Shown here piece after piece: positions 10,025 through 20,578 of a stretch of DNA of 64,000 nt; within the stretch, counting starts at the first letter, position 1, and every line of letters begins with the position of its first letter. This DNA comes from Diplonema japonicum. Taxonomy: Eukaryota > Protista > Euglenozoa: Diplonemea. Under the pieces are notes generated by a model. It had not been told where the DNA came from, did no database searches, and saw only the letters and a program-made list of their open reading frames with translations. The stretch is taken from NCBI GenBank assembly GCA_964019335.1, contig OZ025734.1, positions 186,001 through 250,000 of the forward strand, written 5' to 3'. The position numbers and the translations under genes were made by a program.

Positions 10025-12013
10025 TTATTCTAAAAGTTTTAAAGCAGCTTTGCACTCTTTCTCCTGCGCTTCGGTGAACCCGCCGTCTTGCAAGATCACC
10101 GTGAACCGACCGGCCATTTCTTTGATCCTGGTTGTGTCCCTCGCCTGCTTGCAACACCAGAGCAGTTTCGTGATCTGAAGAGGCTCGAGCCCGTGGGGGT
10201 CGGGGAACAACGCAGACAGCAACGCACTATTCAACAAGGACAAGACGGTGAAGGACGTCAAGCTGTCCACCGCTGAGCTAGCCTGAAATATAGAAGCATT
10301 CGCAATGGTATACCGCATAAGCCTAAAAAGGGTCGGCACATCCGCAAACCGAACTCTTGAAAGAGCAGTTGCGACACTAGAAACATGCCTGTGCTCCGTC
10401 TCATGACTCTGCAGAGACAACAGTTTTTCGACAAGGCTTCCAAAAAACTCGTTCTCGTCGGCGCGCATCCGTGCCATGGAGTAACAAGTATAAGCTATCT
10501 GCCTCGAGGACGCGGGTGTGCCGCAGGCGGTTTGTTTCAAATCCAGCAGGATTGCCCCGCCTATCCCACCCCTGTCGCCGAGCCTCGCCACAGAGTACAA
10601 TACCATAGTCTTCTCATCAACCGACCAATCCCATTCCACCCCGTGAATCAACAATTGTTTAACCGATTGTAAGATTAAATCGGTGCCGACACGAACGGAT
10701 GAAAACGACATTAAAATCTTCGGGAGGAGCTGCATTGGGAAGTTGTTCACAGAGGTAAACTTGGAAAATCTCACCGCAATCCGTTCGAATGCAGCGTGGG
10801 AAGTGAGCTTCAACGAGACAAGCGATTGGGACACCCGTGTCAAGCCCTGCGGAGAGACTGTGTTTAACACATCAGGTTTCGCCGCAATTCGCTGTGTTAT
10901 AAGCCGTGTGAGCGTTTTAGCTTGCTGTGGTAGAGGTCGGGTCATGGGCTTCGCGGAAAACCCGCCTATAAGGCTCACCATTTCTTCGGGTTTCAATGCG
11001 TCAAAATTCTGTTTCTCGACAAGCCTGCGGACCAACGCTGTAACCTCGCCACCAACTCCTAGCTTTATTACGCAAAAACCCCACACAATGTTCACCATCG
11101 CCGTGACGGACAATTTCTCTACTACCGGCGGTAATTTATCACGAGACAGGACGAGAAAATCGTTTTGATGAATGTGACGTAAGGTGGCCAAAGCCCATAC
11201 CACCATTGATATACCCTGCGGTGTGAAAACTGCGCGTTTTGCAGCGTTGATCAAGGAACGGAGGGTAGCGTCTATTTGATCAATTTTGTACACGGCGAGC
11301 GCGTAGGAGCAGTGCGCGATGTCGAGGGGTTTCAACCCTCCCGAATCGGACAACGCCTTGGTTCGCAGGGAGATTGTGCTCAATGAATCGTTAGAAAGAT
11401 TGTGTTTTGCCTTTGCATAGGAGTACAGCAGCATAGCGAGAGTTTTCCCAGTGTATGTATTTGCGATGAACGCTTCGGAAGCGGTCAGGATTTTTTGTGT
11501 CACGGTGCGGAGCTTCACTGTTGCCCAGACCCCGTTGGCGGCGTCGTCTGGTGTGCTGAACCCTTCTTCGATTTTACTTGTTAAACTCGGGACGATCTGT
11601 TTGTGGAGATGTTGTGTTATGGTATAGTGCATTTTCGCAAAGTTAGTCAGGGAGGCCACGCTGTGCTTTATGGAGTCGTACCGTTTCAGTCTTTCAAGCG
11701 TGAAGATAGTAGCGATGGATTTTATTTCTTGCGTTGATTGTAGCTTCCCGTCGCCTGCTAGTTTGATGAGTTCTGTCATCGCGCCTGGGCCGCACCACCC
11801 GTTTCTTGTGGTCCATGTGAGGCGGTTGAAGATGGCGGCCTGTTCCTTGCCCGTTATTCGGAGGTTTGTGAAGCTCCTGAGGATCTTCTGGCAGTCCTCG
11901 CGGGAGAGCTGAGCGGCGTTTTTCACCACCGTGTCCACCGCCTTTTTGACGGTGTCATGTGCGGCACCACGCTGCGGCAGGGAGGTTACTAGTTTTGCAA
12001 GATTCTTCGACAT
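10025..12013 (-). CDS. Helical-repeat (OPR/HPR/FASTK-like) putative organellar RNA-binding protein
   Basis: Repeated ~37-aa units (FTPQGISMVVWALATL, LKPLDIAHCSYALAVY, SSRQIAYTCYSMARM) and a basic N-terminus. Start MSKNLAK at 12013. Confidence 0.6.
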   Translation of the reverse strand: MSKNLAKLVTSLPQRGAAHDTVKKAVDTVVKNAAQLSREDCQKILRSFTNLRITGKEQAAIFNRLTWTTRNGWCGPGAMTELIKLAGDGKLQSTQEIKSIATIFTLERLKRYDSIKHSVASLTNFAKMHYTITQHLHKQIVPSLTSKIEEGFSTPDDAANGVWATVKLRTVTQKILTASEAFIANTYTGKTLAMLLYSYAKAKHNLSNDSLSTISLRTKALSDSGGLKPLDIAHCSYALAVYKIDQIDATLRSLINAAKRAVFTPQGISMVVWALATLRHIHQNDFLVLSRDKLPPVVEKLSVTAMVNIVWGFCVIKLGVGGEVTALVRRLVEKQNFDALKPEEMVSLIGGFSAKPMTRPLPQQAKTLTRLITQRIAAKPDVLNTVSPQGLTRVSQSLVSLKLTSHAAFERIAVRFSKFTSVNNFPMQLLPKILMSFSSVRVGTDLILQSVKQLLIHGVEWDWSVDEKTMVLYSVARLGDRGGIGGAILLDLKQTACGTPASSRQIAYTCYSMARMRADENEFFGSLVEKLLSLQSHETEHRHVSSVATALSRVRFADVPTLFRLMRYTIANASIFQASSAVDSLTSFTVLSLLNSALLSALFPDPHGLEPLQITKLLWCCKQARDTTRIKEMAGRFTVILQDGGFTEAQEKECKAALKLLE

Positions 12014-12344
12014 TTTATTTCCATTTTTTTTTTTTTTTTTTCCTTGGGGGAGTTTTTTTCTTTTTCTTTTTTGTGTCTTGTAAATAATAATCGATTGTAC
12101 TTTTTTTTTTTTATATTTTCTTTTTTTACTTTCTCCCTTTTTGTATGGGGGGAAATCTTTTTTTAAAAAAGAAAAGGAAAGGGGGGGGGAGAGGATGGAA
12201 AAAAAAAGAGAAAGAGAACTAGAGCAACACCTCCGCATTTCTTTTTTTTTTTTACTGCTTTCTTCTTTTTTTTAAAGTATTGGGGGGGGGGGGGGGGGAT
12301 AATGGGGAAAAAAAAAAAACACCCGCAACGTTGGACAAAAAAAA

Positions 12345-13382
12345 TCAAAGCTTGCCGGAAGACCGCATTTCACAGAAGTTCAAAAACGGCAAAAGATGCT
12401 GGTTGGTCATCTTCGGGTTTTCCTGCTGCACCCAGTGGCCCGAACCTTTAATAAGATGGCAGGAGTGGAGGTTCGGCAAACTAGGGATTCTAGCGTATAA
12501 GTCCTTGTACATTGGGACACAAAAATCCCGCTCCCCCGCTAAAAATTGGTAAGGCATCGACAACGAAAGCCCGGCGAAGAACTGAAGATCGTCCACATTT
12601 TTGTTAAGGTTCCTGTACCAGTTTATAGGGCCCTTCATGCCCGTTTTCGCAAATGCGGCAGCGTGCTTCTCAATGTCCAAGAAGCTTAACAACGGGGTGT
12701 CCTTGCCCTTATCAGGCAGCTGCTCATAGTAAGAAACACCTTTCTTCACCGCCATCGGGAAAAACCGCCCTTTTTGCGGATTGAACCCATCAGCAGACGT
12801 TGACAGCCCTGACGCATGAAAATACATAACGCGTAGCCACCTCTCCAAGTCCCCATCAATACACTCTTTGATACCATCGGAACAGATATACGACTGGTAG
12901 TGCGTGTGGCCCAAGGACTCCAATTTTTCAAACCCGCGCACAACTGCTTGAGACGCATTTGGAATCATCTTTGGGGGTGCTGAGCAAAGAGGTATCGCCA
13001 TGCAGCATAGCCCGTCTATAAGGTCCGGCCTGAGGAGCGATGTGTAGAAAGCTGGTGTAGTGCCGAAGTCATGCCCTACTAGGATTGCTCGCTTCCCTCC
13101 TATCGCCAGGATAAGGCCCACAACGTCCCTCGCAAGGTTCATCGCGCTGAAGGATTCGACATCGTTCTCGTCCCATCCTGTAGTTTCGCCGTAGCCTCGT
13201 TGGTCCGGGGCGACGACCCAGAACCCCCTATCGCCTAAATAGGATATCTGATTTGCCCAGCTGTCCGCCAGTTCCGGGAACCCGTGTAGTAGAACCACAA
13301 GAACCCCGTCCCCCTTCCGCTCCAGGTAGCTCATTTCCAGGCCGTTGCCATTGCTCACTTTCTTGCGTTCTATTTTCTCCAT
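12345..13382 (-). CDS. Soluble epoxide hydrolase-like alpha/beta hydrolase
   Basis: LLHGFPE, APDQRGYG, nucleophile GHDFG, GPINWYRN and GSGHWVQQE; C-terminal -GKL. Confidence 0.88.
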   Translation of the reverse strand: MEKIERKKVSNGNGLEMSYLERKGDGVLVVLLHGFPELADSWANQISYLGDRGFWVVAPDQRGYGETTGWDENDVESFSAMNLARDVVGLILAIGGKRAILVGHDFGTTPAFYTSLLRPDLIDGLCCMAIPLCSAPPKMIPNASQAVVRGFEKLESLGHTHYQSYICSDGIKECIDGDLERWLRVMYFHASGLSTSADGFNPQKGRFFPMAVKKGVSYYEQLPDKGKDTPLLSFLDIEKHAAAFAKTGMKGPINWYRNLNKNVDDLQFFAGLSLSMPYQFLAGERDFCVPMYKDLYARIPSLPNLHSCHLIKGSGHWVQQENPKMTNQHLLPFLNFCEMRSSGKL

Positions 13383-13983
13383 TTTTTTTTTTTTTTTTTC
13401 CCCTTCTTTTTAAAAGAAAATGGTACGGCTTGTCCAGCATGCGGGTTTTGAATACCCTCTTAGGGTACCATTCTTCTCCCATCGTGAGAAGGTGTGTTCG
13501 AGGGTGTGATGCGTTGCACGGAGCTCAGCTGTGCGCTGTGCGAGATGTGGTGCGAAGGAGGGGTCAAGGACATGACTGTAGCAGATCGCTGAGCTTACGG
13601 TATTGAAAAAAAAAAAAGAAAAAAAATATATATATGGCTTGAAGCCGGAGGAGAGATGGAAAATAGATAGAAGTTGGAGGGAGAAAAAAAAAAATAGGAG
13701 GGGGGGAGAAGGGGAAAAGGGGGGGGAGGGAAAGGGGGGGAAAATATTTATTACCAAATCATATAATGAATATGGCGCTTTTTTTCCCCCCTCCCTTTTT
13801 GTCCTCCCCAGCTGCCGCCGCTCTCTCTTTTTTTTTCTTCTATTCTCCCTCGCTCCGCAAAAGAAAAAGGGAAAAAAAAATGTAAATTTTTGGGAACTAT
13901 GTCCAAAAAAAAAAAAAAAAAAAAAAAAAAGGTAAGAGAGGGAAATTTTCTTCTTTTTTTTTTAAATTTTCTTTTATTTTTTT

Positions 13984-14865
13984 CTAATCTCTTGCAGGCC
14001 GGGGTTTAGATTCTTCATTTTCCTGACGCCGTGCTCTTTCAGAGGGGCCGCTTTTGAAGATCTCGCCAGGGCTTGTGTATGTACCCATGAGGCGGTCCCA
14101 AAAGGTAAAAAGATGCCCGAAATTTCTATTGAAAATTGCATGATGCACATGGTGGTCACCTGGAGTCCCAAGACCCAGGTCGGAGAAGAGAGGATCCCAG
14201 GGATGGTGCCACTCAGAGTGGATAAGCACAAGCCAGGACGAAAAAACAGTTCCAAAAGTTATATAAGACCAGAGATTGGCCGCGACAATCCGTTGCGTGG
14301 CGAAGAGAGGCACGATGATCATGAGGAATGTGTCGGCTAAGGATCCGTTGAAAGCGTCAAAAATTTTTGGCGACAAGAATTTATGGTGGGGTTTGTGAGA
14401 AGATTTGTAGATACGGGTGAACTGGTGTTCTAGGTAGTGGATCCCTGTTTGCAGGACATCTTGTACAACGAGTTGTTTCGCCACCGATTTCCACTGGATT
14501 CCGCCTTCAAATGAGTAATACGAGCTTCTCATGAAACCGCCTATCCATGAGACAGTTAGGTATCCTACCAAAGCCAGTACGCCTTCTGGTTGACAAAAGT
14601 GCTCTCGTACTCCGTCCCAAAACCGGTATGGCGTGTGTTTTCCTTGTACCGCGTGCTGCCCTGCCTCTTCGTTCCATCGAAGCCTGTGGTACGCTATCAG
14701 AACCCCTTGACCTATCCCCACGGAGGCCAACCCGAGACACAGTCCCAACGGTTTCCACTCAAGCATTTCTTTTGAGAATACCCGCCTCCAAGATTCCATA
14801 TAAGTTAGCGACAACGGCAGCACCCCACTTCCTGCGAAGAGCCCGAACGTTAATATTGAGTCATG

Positions 14866-14868
<3 letters not shown>
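13984..14868 (-). CDS. Sterol desaturase / fatty acid hydroxylase superfamily protein
   Basis: Histidine boxes HYLEH, HKPHH, IHSE and HHVHH, plus NFGHLFTFWDRLMGT and hydrophobic segments. Confidence 0.88.
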
Positions 14869-14941
<73 letters not shown>

Positions 14942-15190
14942 TGTATCTTATTATTATTTTTTTTTTTTGTAAAAAAAGTGAATGAGAGGTTAAAGGTAAA
15001 GAAAAGGGGAGATGCTCGTCTATTCGTCTTCTTTGAGCATTTCGCGGTGTTGTCTCTGTTTTTTTTTTTTTTTTTTTTTTTTTTTTGTTGTTGAAATTAA
15101 AATACCAGCAAACTATCGCCATCACGAACAGGACCGTCCAGCTCAAGAGCCTCCTTAATGGGGTACGTGACGACTGGGTCCTTTTGATTG

Positions 15191-17476
15191 CTACGGCTGA
15201 AGTGGCGCAGATGGATGTCGGGGTTGATACTGTAAAGAAATGTATAATCTTTTTTTCCACCCCTCCCAACTATTAACAAACCTTCCTCCAGGCATCTGCC
15301 TCTCCGGGTCGGGCATGGTAGATGGTGTGGAGAGGTCTGCCTCCGGTTTCACAACATAAGTATACGTGTTTTTCAACTCAATTTCGGTCAGCTCCTTCTC
15401 GTTGTAGAAAATGGAGGGCGAGGTTCCTGCAAGCCAATCTTTCTCCTGCCCCTTTGGTCTGATTCTCCCGGTGGTTTTATCCACAATGTTCCGCTCCATG
15501 TCTAGCTTTGTCAATGTGTTGGGCTCGCCTTCCTGAAGCGTGCTCAGTGCCTTCTGATCGTCGATTAAAAGAGATTTGATGAACGAGACTTCCTTAGCAG
15601 CTGCGGTGCCCGTTGGAGCTTGATGTTGAACCTGGTGTTCCTTTGATTCTGTGACGTAGCCTGCGATGGGCGCGCGGATGTAAACCTTCTTCTCGTTGGA
15701 GAAGTCTGTTCCGTTGATCTTTCTGATATCAGCGTTCAGGCGTAACTCAGCACTTCGAAGGCCTTTGAACTCATCGGGAGATGCTATACTTACACATATA
15801 CCTGATCGTCCTGCTCGGCCCACCCTACCTGCAAGCCTCACATACTCACCTGAAGACGACACACCTGAACAGATAAAAACATGTGTTAAGTACGGAAGAT
15901 TCATCCCCCTGACAAATCTTGGGGTTGAGATCAGAATTGGAAGCGTTCCATTCGCATATGATTCGAGAGCGACTGGGTTCTCCAGCCGGCCGACTTTTCC
16001 CTTGTAGCCGATTTTGTAAAGGGCGTCCGCGGCGGATTTTGCCGACGCGCCGTTTTTGACGATGATGAGCCCTCTGAAGTGAACACCGTTGTTGTGTTTG
16101 GAGTTGTTCTGTTCAGAGGAGAGCTTTGCGACGGCGGCGGTGAGGACCTCCCACCGGGTTTGCTGTGTGCATGATATGGCAAGGTGTTCAATGTCCTTTT
16201 GCAGACCCATCCCCCCGTATAATTTTCTAGCCCGCGAGGTGCCGTCTTCCTCCAGTTTTCGAAAATCCACGAACCAATCCGACTCGCGTTTCGTTGTGGG
16301 TCCCGATCGATCGCCTTGCATCGGGGTTTTTGTCTGGCCGTAGTGGTTTTCGATGACCTTCCCCGCACGGGATCGGAACCAGGTTTGAAGATGCGATTTG
16401 TCCTCGTTTCCGAGGGTCGACGATAGAAACATTTTCTGCTGCGCGTAGTCGTTGAACTTGATGTCCTTTCTCTTATTCCGCCTGTGCAACGCGAGAGCGT
16501 ACATCAACGATTCACCTAGCGACTCCGCTCCGCTCGCTGGAAGCACTTCGTCGACCTCATCCACAACAATTCTTTGCAACGTATTGAACTCGATGTCCGT
16601 CAAAATTGTATCAGGAATGTGAATCAAATCGCCTATTCTGTTCGGAGTCCCTATGAGAACGGACGGCATGTTCTGTACGAGTTCGTCGTAGTTGTCCTCT
16701 ATCCGCTTTGAATCGACGCAGAGGCAGAATGTATTGTCGTCTGGAATGCCCGTCAGCTTACCAAGCGTCGACAGTAGCCGAAGTGTTTGCCTTGCAAGGT
16801 TCTCATGCGGTACAATCCACAATGTTGAAAACGGAGCGTTCGGGTAGTCCTTTAAAAGTTTATTCAGGATGTGCCATGCAATGGCGCTTGTCTTACCTGA
16901 TCCAGGGTGGGAACCCAGCATCACGTCATGGCCGATATTGAGGTAGTACATCGTTTCCGCTTGTGATCTTGTTAGGTGATCAATGCCCATTCCGTGTAAC
17001 GCTGCGCAGATATGTGGGTGGAGCAAGGCTGCTTCGGGTTCTGATGATAGAATTTTGCTGTATCTGTCGAGGGTGGCCTTGTCGGGGTCTTCCCATTCTA
17101 GACCGGAGGCGACGAGTTCTTGTTCTGGTAGCCTGTCGGCCCAGGATGAGAATGGGACGCTGCTGGTGCTAGAGTAAGGAACGACTTTCTCATTTATCGC
17201 GCGCTGTTTGTCGCCCCATGATGGTTCACCATACAGGAAGGCGTCTGGTTTGTTCCAGTTCATTTGGCCTCTGCCAGGTCGTTCGTGCATTGACCACGTG
17301 TCGACGGGGCTCTGCATAGCCCACAATGCGCTTGGTTCGATCCAGCCCGGTTCCTTCTTCCCCGTGGTCGGGTCTATCAATGCCGGAGCGTTCGCCCTCC
17401 CCACCCCGCCCATTGTCAACATCGCCCCGGTTCTTCGTTGAACACGCGTCGCCGCTCTACCGTTACAATGATACAT
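15191..17476 (-). CDS. Divergent DEAD-box RNA helicase
   Basis: Q-motif-like LTRSQ, motif I HPGSGKT, Ib GTPNRI, II DEVD, III SST, V VRGMN and VI RLAGRVGRAG. Confidence 0.8.
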   Translation of the reverse strand: MYHCNGRAATRVQRRTGAMLTMGGVGRANAPALIDPTTGKKEPGWIEPSALWAMQSPVDTWSMHERPGRGQMNWNKPDAFLYGEPSWGDKQRAINEKVVPYSSTSSVPFSSWADRLPEQELVASGLEWEDPDKATLDRYSKILSSEPEAALLHPHICAALHGMGIDHLTRSQAETMYYLNIGHDVMLGSHPGSGKTSAIAWHILNKLLKDYPNAPFSTLWIVPHENLARQTLRLLSTLGKLTGIPDDNTFCLCVDSKRIEDNYDELVQNMPSVLIGTPNRIGDLIHIPDTILTDIEFNTLQRIVVDEVDEVLPASGAESLGESLMYALALHRRNKRKDIKFNDYAQQKMFLSSTLGNEDKSHLQTWFRSRAGKVIENHYGQTKTPMQGDRSGPTTKRESDWFVDFRKLEEDGTSRARKLYGGMGLQKDIEHLAISCTQQTRWEVLTAAVAKLSSEQNNSKHNNGVHFRGLIIVKNGASAKSAADALYKIGYKGKVGRLENPVALESYANGTLPILISTPRFVRGMNLPYLTHVFICSGVSSSGEYVRLAGRVGRAGRSGICVSIASPDEFKGLRSAELRLNADIRKINGTDFSNEKKVYIRAPIAGYVTESKEHQVQHQAPTGTAAAKEVSFIKSLLIDDQKALSTLQEGEPNTLTKLDMERNIVDKTTGRIRPKGQEKDWLAGTSPSIFYNEKELTEIELKNTYTYVVKPEADLSTPSTMPDPERQMPGGRFVNSWEGWKKRLYISLQYQPRHPSAPLQP

Positions 17477-17665
17477 TCTCTTTTTTTTAAAACAATCTTT
17501 TTATCTCATTTGCTTTTTTTTTTTTTTTTTTTTTTTTTTTCTTCTTTTTTTTTCTCTTTTTTTTTTCGTCTTCTTCCCAAAAAAAAAAAAGAAAAAAATA
17601 AACCCGGAAAAAAAAGAGAGAAAAAAAAAAAAACATATAAAAAAAAAAAAAAGATTATTGTTGGT

Positions 17666-18940
17666 TCACCTCAAAGCAAGCAGCGCAGAGATCGTTCCGA
17701 GAATCAGCTCCACAAGGATCAACCATATGATGATCCACTCGAGATAGTTTGAGTGCGTGATGTTCAGCTCCTCATGGAAGACCTCGAAGAGCTCATGGAC
17801 AATCTCAAGACGCTTATTGAGCACCTCCGTTCGGTGAGTGATCTCCATGTACCGACGGGCCTGAAGGTAAAGCGGCTCCAAATCAGTCCTCGTCCAGAAA
17901 ACATCGGGCGTCTCTAGAATATCAGTATGCAGGTTGATCTCCATTTTGCGGATAAATAACGCACCTCGTATCTTAGAAACCTCGGTTCGAGTTAGCTCAG
18001 AACTACCTGTTTTCGCCATTGAAACAGGGTATTCTCGGGTTTCCTCTACAATCTCTTCTATTCTGTCCTCGAACTCGGATATTTTCGCGCTCTGAGCCAG
18101 CCCGCAGCCGTACGCAAGCATCAGTTCGGGGTCCGCTTCGGTTAGGTAGAAGCAATCGTTATCGATGTATGATTTGTTTTCCTTCATGGTGGGGTTGCGT
18201 TTTCGAGAAGGAGCCTCATGCGGAATCTCCTCAGAGGGTATCACCGTCCACCTACACGTATCGAGTTCTACTTTGTCGAAAGAACCCGTTTCGAAGGTAC
18301 CCCGCATCCTTGCTACCTCACGGAGCAGCGGAAGCCCCGCAGTTTCCAAATCCACCGATGGGGGGAACAACGACCACCAGACTATAACACCGTAGGAATA
18401 GAAGAATATTGTGTAGGTGTACTCACATCCTGACTGGATGATCCGAGTCGGGTTGCAGTCCTCGTCGTCTTCTTGATCAGTGTCCAAGACAATGTATTCT
18501 CTTTCCATGTCTTCTGTTGATCGTTGAGCTTCTAGAATGTCTGGTTCGTCAGTTGTGCCGGGTTGTGAGTCGAATCTGTATGTGGGGACTTTTATTGTCA
18601 TCCATATCAGGTCTTCTTTTTCTCTGACTTGGATGCCTTTGGATCGGTAGTGGTCTACGATGTTCTTGAGCTGGAACTCGTGGCATGTTGAGACGGCTCT
18701 GACCGTGCCTGTTGTCGCGCTGTTTTCGTCCTCGATGCCCACCAGTTGCTTCTTTCTTCTGAACGGTCTTGGTTTTTCGACCCTCGATGATATCCTCCCG
18801 CCGCTACCGCTGTCCTTCCGCACGTCTCGCCTCACATCCACGCTCCCGTACCCTGTTGTTGCGTCCGTTGATTTCTTCTGCCTTCTATGCCGGTTGACCG
18901 CTTGTGTAATGTTTCCAAGTAGCGGTTGCTGTTCGGACAT
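17666..18940 (-). CDS. RMD1/Sif2 (DUF155) family protein
   Basis: IFFYSYGVIVWW, GLAQSAKISEFE, INLHTDILETPDVFW, R.EVLNKRL and C-terminal LEWIIIWLILVE. Confidence 0.88.
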   Translation of the reverse strand: MSEQQPLLGNITQAVNRHRRQKKSTDATTGYGSVDVRRDVRKDSGSGGRISSRVEKPRPFRRKKQLVGIEDENSATTGTVRAVSTCHEFQLKNIVDHYRSKGIQVREKEDLIWMTIKVPTYRFDSQPGTTDEPDILEAQRSTEDMEREYIVLDTDQEDDEDCNPTRIIQSGCEYTYTIFFYSYGVIVWWSLFPPSVDLETAGLPLLREVARMRGTFETGSFDKVELDTCRWTVIPSEEIPHEAPSRKRNPTMKENKSYIDNDCFYLTEADPELMLAYGCGLAQSAKISEFEDRIEEIVEETREYPVSMAKTGSSELTRTEVSKIRGALFIRKMEINLHTDILETPDVFWTRTDLEPLYLQARRYMEITHRTEVLNKRLEIVHELFEVFHEELNITHSNYLEWIIIWLILVELILGTISALLALR

Positions 18941-19051
18941 CTTTTTTCGTTGTTGTTTTTCTTTTTTTCTTTTTTGTTTTTTTTCTTTCTTTTTAACCCT
19001 TATTTTGTGGTGAGAGAAAAAAAGAAGGAAAGAGGGGGGGAAAAAAAAAAC

Positions 19052-20578
19052 TCAGTCCACTTCATCCAATTCACCGGTGTATGGAGTGACGGGATAGACC
19101 TCAGGGTTAGGGTGTTTTTCTCTCTCGAGGCGATCTGCCTCCGCGTATTCTTCGGCTTCCTTCAGTAACATACTGTGCGTATCATGGTTAAAAGAGGGCG
19201 GCAGGTATGACTCTGCTCTGAGCTCTGCGGTTCCCCTTCCGCTCCGTTCGCTTTTGTCTACCACAACGACGTGCAAAGTACAGTTTAAGCAGATGTAGCA
19301 CGTGACCTCCACAAGGGTCGGCGAGGGCGCAGGTGGCACACCTACCAGATGCAGCGTGCCCTTCAGTATGCAATCCTTCGCCAACGCCCTCTGTCCCACA
19401 AACACGTTAATGCTCAAACAGCCTTTGGAATCGCCGTGCATTGCTAGTAGCTTCCTGTTAATGCAGGGGAAAACCGTGTCCATTGGCAGGATAGGGGTGA
19501 CAATACCACCGTCTGTTTCCACTCCCAGAGACAGCTTCGTCGACTCCAATAATACGCACTGTCTGGCTGGCTCCTGAACAGGGGTCCATAGGAGAGCAGC
19601 TTGCCTGGCAGCCCCACGTGCCACCACCTCAACAGGGTCGATCGTCATGTTTACATCCATCTGAAAATACTGCTCAATAATGTCCCGTACTTTGGGGATT
19701 CGAGTTGAACCGCCTGAAAACAGAATTTCTTCGACAGACCTTCTGTCGATGCCCGCGGTGCTGAGAGCCTCCCTCACGCATGGAAGGAGGCCGTCTAGGA
19801 GCCCTTCGTTGTCGAGGCAATCCTCAAATGCTTCCCTCGTGACGGAGGTGTGGAAATCGACCCCGTCGCAGAAAGAAGAAAGGACGATACCGACACTGCT
19901 TTCGAAGGACAGCCTGCACTTTGCATCCTCGCACGCCGAGGTTACAGTTTTCATTCGGACAGGGTCTGCGGTGATATCGATCCCATGCTGTTTTGTAAGC
20001 CCGGCTGTAACATGCCGTACAAGGGAATTGGTGAAATCGGCGCCTCCGAAAGGACGGTAAGCCGTAGCGATCACCTCTAAGATCCCTTCTTCAGAGGTGA
20101 CGAGTGTCACGGCAACGGTACGCCTGTTCATGTCGAGAACCAGCATGGTTTTTTCGTCATTTGAATTGTTGACATCGTACGCCAGACATGCTGATGACGG
20201 TTCGTTGATTACTCGGATCACATCAAGCCCAGCAGACTCACCCGCGGCCTTTGTTGCCTGTCGTTGTGTAGCGTCAAAGTAAGCAGGGACTGTCATGACA
20301 GCGTGGGTCACCTTCTCACCTAAGTATTCTTCGGACATCCGTTTAATGTTTTTTAGAATAATGTGGTTGGGGTCGTTGCGGTCTCCGTCGTACGCGCCCC
20401 TAGTGTGGTTCATCACAGCATCTAGTTGGCCCTCAGCGTCCTTCCCCACAAGGTGTCCGGCCACACAGGATGGCATCGTGGCAGTCACCTCTAAGCCACG
20501 GTCCTGCACCATGACAGCAGCACATGTCGTGGTCTCCCCCAGGTCGACTGCCATACAGTATGCAAGGGAGCGGGGCAT
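19052..20578 (-). CDS. Divergent, shortened HSP70-family protein
   Basis: AVDLGETTT, TVPAYFDATQRQATK.AG, RVINEPSSA, FGGADF and GGSTRIPKV. The ATPase N-lobe is shortened and there is no lid or EEVD. Start MPRSL at 20578. Confidence 0.75.
   Translation of the reverse strand: MPRSLAYCMAVDLGETTTCAAVMVQDRGLEVTATMPSCVAGHLVGKDAEGQLDAVMNHTRGAYDGDRNDPNHIILKNIKRMSEEYLGEKVTHAVMTVPAYFDATQRQATKAAGESAGLDVIRVINEPSSACLAYDVNNSNDEKTMLVLDMNRRTVAVTLVTSEEGILEVIATAYRPFGGADFTNSLVRHVTAGLTKQHGIDITADPVRMKTVTSACEDAKCRLSFESSVGIVLSSFCDGVDFHTSVTREAFEDCLDNEGLLDGLLPCVREALSTAGIDRRSVEEILFSGGSTRIPKVRDIIEQYFQMDVNMTIDPVEVVARGAARQAALLWTPVQEPARQCVLLESTKLSLGVETDGGIVTPILPMDTVFPCINRKLLAMHGDSKGCLSINVFVGQRALAKDCILKGTLHLVGVPPAPSPTLVEVTCYICLNCTLHVVVVDKSERSGRGTAELRAESYLPPSFNHDTHSMLLKEAEEYAEADRLEREKHPNPEVYPVTPYTGELDEVD

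Noticed and set aside
9855-10157. N-terminal extensions in the ORF track (also 5571-5717, 12014-12238, 20579-20611, 22935-23084)
   Set aside because: They are read-ins through poly-A spacers; the conserved protein sequence starts at the downstream ATGs.
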